Source: an uncultured virus (IMG/VR IMGVR_UViG_3300015608_002806) (Duplodnaviria > Heunggongvirae > Uroviricota > Caudoviricetes). Taken from it: a stretch of 64,000 bases of DNA. A program made the position numbers and the translations under genes. Numbering within the stretch: the stretch's first letter is position 1; every line of letters starts with the position of its first letter. This document shows positions 39,456 to 48,298 of the stretch, piece after piece. The DNA lies in IMG/VR virus record IMGVR_UViG_3300015608_002806; one strand, 5' to 3'. The notes beneath the pieces are model-generated. The model saw nothing but the letters and a program-made list of their open reading frames with translations, did no database searches and was not told where the DNA came from.

Positions 39456-39873
39456 ATGTAGAGTATGCAATTACAGTAATAACAACACCAATTCCAAAAA
39501 ATATTACATTATCATATTTTTCAAAAAAAGTTTGTTTTTCTTTGTACGCCAATTTTTCTATTGTTTTTAAAGAATTACTTGTTGTATCAAGTAATTTATT
39601 GTAATTTTCTTTTTGTTCTTCTATTCTCTTATTTGCATTTTCTAATTTTTCAACTGTTGAATTGTATTCTATATCAAGCCTAATATACCTAAGTCTTTCG
39701 GTTTCCGAAAAAAGAACACCTAAATAATATTCTCCATCTAATTTAATTGTAACATCGCCTATTGGCTCAAATTCTGTTTTTGGCTCTTGGGCTATAGCAG
39801 TCTTTGTTACAATTAAAAATATAAAAAAAACAATAAATTTATTGAAATTTCTTAATAGATTTGTGAAAATCAT
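39439..39873 (-). CDS. Secreted/membrane coiled-coil protein, spanin-like
   Basis: Signal peptide (TAIAQE), coiled coil, C-terminal TM; third gene of a holin-led cluster. Confidence 0.5.
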   Translation of the reverse strand: MIFTNLLRNFNKFIVFFIFLIVTKTAIAQEPKTEFEPIGDVTIKLDGEYYLGVLFSETERLRYIRLDIEYNSTVEKLENANKRIEEQKENYNKLLDTTSNSLKTIEKLAYKEKQTFFEKYDNVIFFGIGVVITVIAYSTYEAIK

Positions 39874-40180
39874 TTAATTTTTTATTCCTTTCTTTTTTTG
39901 AAATACTTGTGTCTTGAACGATATTATCTAATTCTTTTAGTTTTTGTTCTTTTTTCTCTTCAATTACTTTATTTTGTACTTCAAATTTTGCTTTTTGTTC
40001 AATTTCTTTTGATTTAATATCTTCTATTTTGTTTTCTGTTTTAGAAATTTCATCAACAATTTTTGTATTAACATTTGAAAACATTGGAATTAAGAATGTG
40101 AAGAAATAACCTATTGCTAATATGGCAATTATAATATACAATATATTTTTTTTAAAAAAAGATTTTATCTTATCCAACAT
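39839..40180 (-). CDS. Membrane-anchored coiled-coil protein, i-spanin-like
   Basis: N-terminal TM (ILYIIIAILAIGYFF) then charged coiled coil. Confidence 0.55.
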   Translation of the reverse strand: MLDKIKSFFKKNILYIIIAILAIGYFFTFLIPMFSNVNTKIVDEISKTENKIEDIKSKEIEQKAKFEVQNKVIEEKKEQKLKELDNIVQDTSISKKERNKKLNDFHKSIKKFQ

Positions 40181-40439
40181 CTTTCTTTTCCAAAATTTCT
40201 TCTTTAAGATTTTTTAATTTAGATAGCGTACCTTGCTGCCATCTAATTGCCATGTCTGCAAATCCTTCAACTCCAACATACGCCACAGCAATAGCTGCCC
40301 AAGAATTTTCTGTAACTTTATCAAAAATTAACAAAATTGTTGCAATTAAAAAAACCAATAATTTTCTTGAAATAAATTTTGACAAATTTGTATCAAGCCA
40401 TTGTTTAACACGAGCCATTACCATTATTACCTCTCTCAT
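40170..40439 (-). CDS. Putative holin
   Basis: 89 aa, two TM helices, KFISRKLLV and YVG.EG.AD motifs, charged C-terminus. Confidence 0.6.
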   Translation of the reverse strand: MREVIMVMARVKQWLDTNLSKFISRKLLVFLIATILLIFDKVTENSWAAIAVAYVGVEGFADMAIRWQQGTLSKLKNLKEEILEKKDVG

Positions 40440-40445
40440 TAATTA

Positions 40446-41384
40446 TTATAATTTTGATAAAATTATAAATTCTAATAAATCTGTTTTTGTTCCAATTGGT
40501 TTAGCTTCGTTTTTCTTTTCTAAAATTTGCTCTTTTGTCATTTCCCCAAGATCTTTGAATGGGAAAACATCTATTTTGTATACAGGAATATTGAAATCAA
40601 TTAATTTATTAATAATTTTAATTGAAGAGTCTTCTGCATCAAGATCTAAACCCAAATAAACAGGTGTTTTATTTTCTATTATTTTATTAAATAACAATGA
40701 TGAACTCATCAATGTTTTGCCTAATATTGGAATAGAATTATCACATTTGATTGCATCAAAAACACCTTCAACTATTGTAACTGGCTTATTCCAATCAATC
40801 ATTAAATCATTAAAAATGATATTTTTTGATTTTTTAGAATTAAAATATGATAAATTAGAATTTCCTGTGTAGTCTCTTCCTACAAAATAATTCAATTTGC
40901 CATTTAATGAATAAGATGGAACAATTATTCTATTTCTATAATTGCCAGAATCACAAAATCCGATTTTCCATTTATATATTTGCTCATATGAAATATGGCG
41001 ATTCACAAGATACTCAATCGGTGCTTGTGATTTATTTGATAATTTATTTGATGCTAATGTGTGGAAACCATCAGGCAAAACAATTGGCTTGTCTTCAAAA
41101 ACAGGTTTTTCTATAAATAAATCATCAAATTCTTCAATTTTTATATTGTCTTTAAGTTCTTTCCACAGTGAAATAGTTTGTTTGTTTCCAAATTTATATA
41201 CTAAATTTGTTAATGAATTTCCAACCAAACCACAACCAAGCCAACATTTGTATTTGTTTTTCTCAATTGATATTGAGAGTTTTGGTCTGTAATGATTGCA
41301 ATTAGGACAAAAAAATAAATATTCAGAACCTTGTGGTTTGCATTCGCCTAATATTTTTTCAAGAATTTGAATTTTCTCGTTCAA
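40446..41384 (-). CDS. DNA primase (zinc-binding plus TOPRIM; T4 gp61-like)
   Basis: CPNCNH...CWLGC, YL..R.I, RIIVP, GRD, IVEGVFDA, LDLDA, KDLGE. Confidence 0.9.
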   Translation of the reverse strand: MNEKIQILEKILGECKPQGSEYLFFCPNCNHYRPKLSISIEKNKYKCWLGCGLVGNSLTNLVYKFGNKQTISLWKELKDNIKIEEFDDLFIEKPVFEDKPIVLPDGFHTLASNKLSNKSQAPIEYLVNRHISYEQIYKWKIGFCDSGNYRNRIIVPSYSLNGKLNYFVGRDYTGNSNLSYFNSKKSKNIIFNDLMIDWNKPVTIVEGVFDAIKCDNSIPILGKTLMSSSLLFNKIIENKTPVYLGLDLDAEDSSIKIINKLIDFNIPVYKIDVFPFKDLGEMTKEQILEKKNEAKPIGTKTDLLEFIILSKL

Positions 41385-41937
41385 GGGCTCCTCCGCTAAC
41401 AGCTATAATAACGGCATCGCTACAATCAAATGCGCAATCTTTCCAAAGGTTTTTGTAAGCCCCGCGACTGTATTTTTCCTTAGATGAGAAAAAATTTGAG
41501 AAATTTTTAAAATTATTTAAACAATATTGAAAACAAAGTCTTTTATCTAATTTGACTTTATCTAATTTAATAAGCTCTGGATCTTTTAAAACAATTTTTT
41601 TAATTAATAAAATTCTTTTTGCTGAAGAATTTGGTACATAATATGGTTTTATGGCAAAGTCTTTATATATATTACTAAGCAAAGCAAAATTAAATCTTAT
41701 TAATACTTTAATTGTTTCTGCTGATGATTGTTTCGGTATTACAACTAATGGCTCTTCAACATAAACTTTTGTAATATTATTTTTATTAATTAAATCTTTT
41801 AATATTTTATATGAAAAATCTATTTTTTCATATATATCATCGCCTATTGGTTCAATATATTGAATATGAATAATTTCTTTACCTGAATAAACACAACACC
41901 CAATACAATTTGTACTTATATCCAAACCTAAAATCAT
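41359..41937 (-). CDS. RuvC-like Holliday junction resolvase
   Basis: MILGLDISTNCIG, VYVEEP, D.SDA acidic RNase H-fold motifs. Confidence 0.8.
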   Translation of the reverse strand: MILGLDISTNCIGCCVYSGKEIIHIQYIEPIGDDIYEKIDFSYKILKDLINKNNITKVYVEEPLVVIPKQSSAETIKVLIRFNFALLSNIYKDFAIKPYYVPNSSAKRILLIKKIVLKDPELIKLDKVKLDKRLCFQYCLNNFKNFSNFFSSKEKYSRGAYKNLWKDCAFDCSDAVIIAVSGGALERENSNS

Positions 41938-43760
41938 TATACACCTCTTGCTATATGTTTAAATTTATTAAATTTTGAAGCTAAATTGGATTCAGAATCA
42001 AATTTATTTTTTGCAAAATTATTATATCCTTGCAATGGAGTGGTTGGAGTATAAAAAGATTTGTAAAACCCTTGCCACAAATCTTGCGACATATCTGAAA
42101 AGAATGTATTTTTTGTGTCTTCTAAATATTTTTTAATCTCTTTTTTAAGTTCTATAAATTCATTTGGTTGAACTGGTATTCTGTTTTCGATATTATCAAT
42201 AACAAAATCAGATGGATGATATTGTTGATTATATTTGTTAATATAATATTTAACTAAATTATTATATCTATAATATAAAATTTTTCTACATTTTTCTAGT
42301 TTTTGATCAACCTCATCAACAAATGATTCATCAAAATGATCAACGAATTTATTTAATGAATCTTGTACAAAAGAAACAACAGCTAAAATTGGTTCACATG
42401 TTTGATCTTTTGCTTTTTGTGTAATATCATCAACCATTTTTAATTTTTCTCTGAAAAAATTAGGAACACCACCTGTTTCTTTATAAGATTGATGCATTTT
42501 TTTTCTAAATTCAAAAATGTTATTGTTAAATTTATTATTTATATTTTGTGCAAATAAAATAATTTGTTCATTGAATTTAATTTTTTCATCAGTTGTCAGC
42601 AATGGAGCTGAACCGTTTACCCAATTGTCATATCTTGATTTATCTTTATATCTAACATCATTTTGAATTTTATTAAAAATTGTATCTTGTATTGTTGAAG
42701 TAAAGCTATATAAATCTTTTAAATAAGAATTACAAATATCTATAATTCTACCATGAGAAACATTTTCCGCAGCAATTCTGGTTGATTTTTTATCATATTT
42801 TTGTTTTAAATATTTTTCAAAAGATAAAACAATATGAGAAATTTTATTTAAATTTTCTTTAATTGCTTTTACTTGAAATGCAAAAGTGTCTGGCGTGGAT
42901 GAATCACCGCGAGCAGATAAAACAAAATCAACGATATCTTTATTTTCTGCTAGTGCTTGTTGTGTGCTTAAAATTATAGTATTTAAATTAGAAGTAATTT
43001 TATTTTTAATAGTTTTTAATGCCAATTGTAATTTGTGGTCTGATTTAAATAAATGTTTATATTTTTCTTGAAAATAAGAAACATAATGTTCTTTAATTGT
43101 CAGAGATATATTTGCGATATATGAATCATCTGTTATGTTTTCAGGCAAAAAAACTTTTTCATATAAAATAACAAATTTTTTCCACAGTTGATTAACTTCA
43201 ACATCTGATAATAAAAAGTTTTTTTTAATAATTTTACCAATTTCAATATTCATTTCAGAAATAAATTTAGGAAATTCATTGCTTCTAATTCTATTAAGAA
43301 GCTTATTGTTGTATACTTGTTGATGCCTTAATGCTTTTTTGATTGCCGAAATTGAACCCTTTAAACTAACTGTTGTTCCATCGCCGTTCCAATATTTATG
43401 TAAAGAATAATAATATTCATTTATTAGATTAATTTGAGCATTTATCTCTGGAGAACAATGTGTCATTTGTGTTCTATTGTGTTTTATAAAGGTTGAAAAT
43501 TGTTCGGGAAGATTAAAGTCTTTTAAATATAAATCTCTAATTGTCTTAAACCATTCATTTTCAGCTCCTGCACTATCATTTTGATCGCTTTTTGGATCAA
43601 TTATTTTTTCAATTCTTTTACCAAATGTTTGGAAAAGTCTAGTTAGTCTTCTTAGAATATATTCAATAGCTTGAGGTTCATTTTTTGCTAAAATTTCACC
43701 ACGAACCTCAAATAACAATTGTTCTTGAATTATTTTTAAAATTTCTTTTTTTGAAAGCAT
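41937..43760 (-). CDS. Large helical hypothetical protein, possibly head-internal
   Basis: 607 aa; N-terminal KKEILKIIQEQLLFE motif. Confidence 0.7.
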   Translation of the reverse strand: MLSKKEILKIIQEQLLFEVRGEILAKNEPQAIEYILRRLTRLFQTFGKRIEKIIDPKSDQNDSAGAENEWFKTIRDLYLKDFNLPEQFSTFIKHNRTQMTHCSPEINAQINLINEYYYSLHKYWNGDGTTVSLKGSISAIKKALRHQQVYNNKLLNRIRSNEFPKFISEMNIEIGKIIKKNFLLSDVEVNQLWKKFVILYEKVFLPENITDDSYIANISLTIKEHYVSYFQEKYKHLFKSDHKLQLALKTIKNKITSNLNTIILSTQQALAENKDIVDFVLSARGDSSTPDTFAFQVKAIKENLNKISHIVLSFEKYLKQKYDKKSTRIAAENVSHGRIIDICNSYLKDLYSFTSTIQDTIFNKIQNDVRYKDKSRYDNWVNGSAPLLTTDEKIKFNEQIILFAQNINNKFNNNIFEFRKKMHQSYKETGGVPNFFREKLKMVDDITQKAKDQTCEPILAVVSFVQDSLNKFVDHFDESFVDEVDQKLEKCRKILYYRYNNLVKYYINKYNQQYHPSDFVIDNIENRIPVQPNEFIELKKEIKKYLEDTKNTFFSDMSQDLWQGFYKSFYTPTTPLQGYNNFAKNKFDSESNLASKFNKFKHIARGV

Positions 43761-44975
43761 TTACGAATCCAAAGTCAATTTAAAACAATATGACTCATTT
43801 TCTTTTTTAAGAATTGGTGTTGCTAATTTAGCAACAGCATAATGTTTTTTGTCAGCATTGTAAAGATTTATATAAGATATAAATGTTTGTTTTTGAAATT
43901 TATTATATTTTTCTTCAGACCATGAAGCAGATGGAATATTTTTAATTAATAAATTATCATTTTCACAAAATGAATATTGTGTATAGCTGGCACTTAATGT
44001 TTGTTGTCCCCACTCTATATATGATGGATTGGTTGTACTATTAAGTTTTCCAGCAGGAGCTTTGCAAAAAATTGTTTTTGTATTAATTGTTGTGGTTCCT
44101 CTGAACTTAATATAATAATCTGAATAATTTATATCTGTGTCTGTTAGTGATGATGGTGCTGCTCCAAAGTGATATGGGTTTAAACGACTATCTGGGCCTT
44201 GGGAGCCTTCATAGTAAAAATATTCTGTATCAAGATCGACAGTTTCAAAAAATAAAAACGTACCTTCATCATATAAAACCATTCCCATAGTGCTTCCTGT
44301 ATATGATGGATTATATAATGAATAAGTTAATCTTAATAATCCATCGCCATATAAATCTTCTGCTGTTGCCACTAATTTTTTATTTGCATAAAAAGATAAA
44401 TAAGTAGATTTTTTTTGAATAGATGAACCAAAATATGCCCTTGGCAACATCAGCACAGTAAATCCATATGTATACAAATAATTAATAACACTTTCATGAT
44501 CAATAAGTGGAAAAAAAGAACCACTATATGCAAAAAATGCATTATTAAATTTCCATAAATTTTTATATTTTAATATTGAATTTTTTAAGGCTGTAAATTT
44601 AACATATAAAGAAGAATCACTAACTAAATCATATTGAGGTCTTAAATACCATCTTTGATGTTTTAATTGAGACAAATAGGATCCTGTAACCAAATCACCA
44701 TATTCAATATTGTTTTCATTATTTGGTGATGACATAAATCCAACCAAATCTGATGTTTTGGGCGACAATGGGTAAATTATTTGATCTGCATTGTCTCTGC
44801 GAACGGTTCCACCATTAATTGGATAAACAATAATTGAAGATGTTAAAACAGATGGCGCTTCTTCAATTTTTCTATCAACATAAACACCTGATTGCATAAT
44901 TGCAATCTCTTTTAAGGGATTAAGTTCAATTATGTTATCATAAATATCATCATCTGTAAATTTAAAATATGACAT
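43761..44975 (-). CDS. Baseplate / tail-associated structural protein
   Basis: C-terminal IFC....LN.TTNP...FISYINLY......AVAKL.TP.LK domain, paralogous to 46346..47362. Confidence 0.65.
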   Translation of the reverse strand: MSYFKFTDDDIYDNIIELNPLKEIAIMQSGVYVDRKIEEAPSVLTSSIIVYPINGGTVRRDNADQIIYPLSPKTSDLVGFMSSPNNENNIEYGDLVTGSYLSQLKHQRWYLRPQYDLVSDSSLYVKFTALKNSILKYKNLWKFNNAFFAYSGSFFPLIDHESVINYLYTYGFTVLMLPRAYFGSSIQKKSTYLSFYANKKLVATAEDLYGDGLLRLTYSLYNPSYTGSTMGMVLYDEGTFLFFETVDLDTEYFYYEGSQGPDSRLNPYHFGAAPSSLTDTDINYSDYYIKFRGTTTINTKTIFCKAPAGKLNSTTNPSYIEWGQQTLSASYTQYSFCENDNLLIKNIPSASWSEEKYNKFQKQTFISYINLYNADKKHYAVAKLATPILKKENESYCFKLTLDS

Positions 44976-45445
44976 TATTTAATTTTTATTCCATTTTTCC
45001 AATATTCTTGTTTTATTATATTTCCATTTTGTTCATATTCAATATAAGCAGGACCATTGTCGTTATGTAATTTATCATTTATATACCATGATTTATATGC
45101 AACATTTCCATTTGGATAATATTCAATAAAAGCAGGACCATTCTCGTTATGACGTTCATTATTTATCCGCCATTCTTTGTATTGAACATTTTTATTTCGA
45201 TAATATTGAATACAAGCAGGACCATTCTCGTTGTGATATTTACCATTTATGCACCATTCTTTATATAAAACATTTCCATTTTGATCATATTGAATATAAT
45301 CAGGGCCATTTTCATTATGATATTCACCATTTTCATTTTTCCATTGTAATTCAATTGTATATCCATCATTATTTATTTGTGACGGTGGATTATATTTAAT
45401 TCCATCAATTATTGTATCTGTTTTGTAGAATGTATTTATGATCAT
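44975..45445 (-). CDS. HNENGPA-repeat protein, 4 repeats (family A)
   Basis: 156 aa; same caps and repeats. Confidence 0.9.
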   Translation of the reverse strand: MIINTFYKTDTIIDGIKYNPPSQINNDGYTIELQWKNENGEYHNENGPDYIQYDQNGNVLYKEWCINGKYHNENGPACIQYYRNKNVQYKEWRINNERHNENGPAFIEYYPNGNVAYKSWYINDKLHNDNGPAYIEYEQNGNIIKQEYWKNGIKIK

Positions 45446-45861
45446 TTATTTTTATGAATTTTGTTTTCTATCCGATCAAGTCTATCATTTAATACATTCC
45501 AAAATTTTTGATTAATTTCATCTTGAGTTGTTAAAATTGTATTAGCTTTTTCAATTTGAATTTGTTGAGATTGTATTAAATCAACCAAATTAGAATTTAT
45601 TTTTTCTAATTTTAAAATCTTTTCATCTCTTATGTTGTCTTTGTAACCTGATAAAATATTATATGATTCAATTACACCAATTTTAATAATTGCCTCTTCT
45701 GAGTTCTTTTTTGCAATATCAATATCACTAATATAGCCTTTTGCATTAAAGCCCCAACCAAATATTAGCATAAATATACCAAAAATGCCAGGAACAACAG
45801 TCAACAAAATCCACGCAATTGATTTAATAATTTTTTCTTTTTTTGTGACTTTTTGTTTCAA
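45442..45861 (-). CDS. Membrane-anchored coiled-coil hypothetical protein
   Basis: N-terminal TM segment; C-terminal RLDRIENKI. Confidence 0.65.
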   Translation of the reverse strand: MKQKVTKKEKIIKSIAWILLTVVPGIFGIFMLIFGWGFNAKGYISDIDIAKKNSEEAIIKIGVIESYNILSGYKDNIRDEKILKLEKINSNLVDLIQSQQIQIEKANTILTTQDEINQKFWNVLNDRLDRIENKIHKNK

Positions 45862-45873
45862 AACATTTTTTCC

Positions 45874-46335
45874 TTATATAAATTGCATATTAAATTTTTC
45901 ATTATATGGATTGGATTTTTGAGTCCATACTTCAAAAATATATCCTTTTTCTTCACAGAATTTATTAGCTGCTGCAAATTTTGCAATGTTTATTTATGCA
46001 TCAATTAAAGACAAAGGTTTTACTTCAATGATTTTATTGATTCCATTCTTGTAAATTACATGAATATCAGGTATATAATTTCTGTTTTTTGATTATTTGA
46101 ATAATATAAATTTTCATGATATTTTTTTGAATAAATTTTTCTACATTCATCAGAACATGTTATTTTGTGATCAATTCGGGCCTTAAATTCATTATTGCAA
46201 ACAATGCATATTTTTGTATATTTCATTTTTGTTAACCTCTGTAAAAAACAGAGTAGTTATTTGCGCAGTTGAAATCAAGATTAAAATTTAGTTTTTTTGA
46301 AAAAATGCATATTGACCTGTAACTTGCTTGTTTCA
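45874..46335 (-). pseudogene. Degraded zinc-ribbon plus TnsA-like / T4 gp4-like PD-(D/E)XK endonuclease
   Basis: Manual translation: KICIVCNNEF...TCSDEC, frameshift, RNYIPDIHV...IIEVKPLSLIDA*INIAKFAAA..FCEEKGY.FEVWT; in-frame TAA at 45994-45996. Confidence 0.75.
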
Positions 46336-46345
46336 TTAAAAAAAA

Positions 46346-47362
46346 TCACCAATCTATCCGTGCTTTGATGGTAAAAGATTGGTCTGTTCCCTTTCGCAAG
46401 GGCTCTGACAGTTTGCCAACACCCATTGGTTCGTTGTCAGCAGCATAAAGAATTACGCCACATGGATATGTTACACATGGATCATCATTTACAGATTTTA
46501 TTCTAATCTTTGAAGAAGAAAGAAATGTTGGATTGCTTGAATAATTAAATTCATCTGGTCCTATGTCGCAAAAAACAATTGTTGAATTGATTTTAACGGT
46601 ATTTAAGAATGATAATGTCTTAATTCTTCTAAAAACACCATCGCACATTGATGGAATATTTGTTGCAGATAAAGCAGCATCCATTGTTGGCGTAGAACCA
46701 GTGAAAAATCCAGATGCACCAGCAAATAAAGAGGCGGTCAAAACAACAACACCAGCTTGATAAAATATAACACCAACTTTATGTGCTGCTGATGCTGTCA
46801 TTGTTATGTAAGACCAATCACCAGCCGCTGCATTGGTAAAATATGTTGATGTTGCTTGCATGTCGGAAAATGTAGCTGGTGCATATGGTGCAACAAATGT
46901 TCCAGATGTATAAGCAATCATTGAAAATGTACCGCGTTTTATTTCATCTTTATAAAGCAATCTGGTAAAATTCAAGAAAATACATTCATGCAATTTTGTT
47001 CCACCACCAAGAATGTTGCCATCCTCATCAAATCTAAGAATTGTTCCTGTTATATCTGTACCCATCAATACTTTTGCCATTTCTTGATAAACCATTATTT
47101 TTTTGTCATTATCAGTATTGTTTGATGAAGAGTATGGACTTGATGGAGAATAACCAATTGTGCAATCTAATAGTTTATTTGACGAAGAAGAAAGATATGG
47201 ATAATCATAAGCTGAAACAAACATTCGATGTGAAAAATATTTAATATTTTCATTATTGTATGTTCCTGATATAATTGATCCAGTAATGGGAATTGATTCA
47301 TTTACTAGATTTTGTGTACGAATTATTCTATTTTCAGGAATTCTTTTATAGATTGAACTCAT
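46346..47362 (-). CDS. Baseplate / tail-associated structural protein
   Basis: C-terminal VFC....EFNYSSNPTF...GVGKLSEPLRK...IKARIDW; many SGT/TGS motifs. Confidence 0.65.
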   Translation of the reverse strand: MSSIYKRIPENRIIRTQNLVNESIPITGSIISGTYNNENIKYFSHRMFVSAYDYPYLSSSSNKLLDCTIGYSPSSPYSSSNNTDNDKKIMVYQEMAKVLMGTDITGTILRFDEDGNILGGGTKLHECIFLNFTRLLYKDEIKRGTFSMIAYTSGTFVAPYAPATFSDMQATSTYFTNAAAGDWSYITMTASAAHKVGVIFYQAGVVVLTASLFAGASGFFTGSTPTMDAALSATNIPSMCDGVFRRIKTLSFLNTVKINSTIVFCDIGPDEFNYSSNPTFLSSSKIRIKSVNDDPCVTYPCGVILYAADNEPMGVGKLSEPLRKGTDQSFTIKARIDW

Positions 47363-47375
47363 TTGTTATCTCCAA

Positions 47376-48272
47376 TTATTGCTTCTTAAGAAATCTAACA
47401 GGAATATCAATAGAATATCCAGTTAATTGACCTTCAATTCTGATATTTGTATCAATATAATAATATGATGTCGAACCAATTGTAACTGATCCGCCAAATG
47501 TTGTAAAAAGATAATTATTTGAATTAATATTCAAACTTGCTTTAACTCCAAATTTAAATATTGTTCCACGAGGACCAGCAATAGCCGAAAGACCTTTTGT
47601 ATTTGTTATATCTAGCACATATTCTGGATTGGCGCCATAAGAAAAGAAATATGTTGCCTCTTTATTTGAATCAATATAAGAAACAGAAGAAACTCTTGGT
47701 GCTCCTGATGGTGTTACTATTTCGCCAAGTCTTGAATCAATTCTAATTGTATATTGTGTTTCCTTAAGATCTGTTTCAAGTGGAATTTGTGGGTCAATTT
47801 CAGATGTATCTAGTCCTTGCTCTGTAATAATAGGTGTTCTTTGAGCTGTTGCTGCTGTTTGTCCGTCAATTATACCAGCGCCCAACCCCAAAGCAGAAAT
47901 AGTGTCTTGATTTACTGTAATAATATAATATCCAGCACTTGAATATGTTCCACCACCAGGACCAAGTGTTGGTGAATTTTTAATAATTGGCAAATAAAGC
48001 AAATCATTTCTTGGAACTGAAATTAATTTGCTTCCATTGTAAGCATCACCATCTGTAAAAGCTTCCATAATTGGAGTTGTTAGCAAATTTATATCATAAT
48101 ATGCTGATCCTGATGCATGATTCTTATTATAAAGAGAATAATCTATTTCTGTGTCAATTAATGCAAATTTGACAATTTTAAATGAACCATTTTGAGCAGC
48201 CAATCTTGCTCTACCTTCAGCAGTCAACACACAATCTACTATAATATTTGAATCATTGGGAAGAAATGACAT
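47376..48272 (-). CDS. Baseplate / tail-associated structural protein
   Basis: N-terminal VD.VLT.EGR.RLA...F.I.KFAL.D.EIDY motif (tail-fibre/baseplate N-terminal type). Confidence 0.65.
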   Translation of the reverse strand: MSFLPNDSNIIVDCVLTAEGRARLAAQNGSFKIVKFALIDTEIDYSLYNKNHASGSAYYDINLLTTPIMEAFTDGDAYNGSKLISVPRNDLLYLPIIKNSPTLGPGGGTYSSAGYYIITVNQDTISALGLGAGIIDGQTAATAQRTPIITEQGLDTSEIDPQIPLETDLKETQYTIRIDSRLGEIVTPSGAPRVSSVSYIDSNKEATYFFSYGANPEYVLDITNTKGLSAIAGPRGTIFKFGVKASLNINSNNYLFTTFGGSVTIGSTSYYYIDTNIRIEGQLTGYSIDIPVRFLKKQ

Positions 48273-48298
48273 TTAAATTTTACCTCTTTTTATAATTA

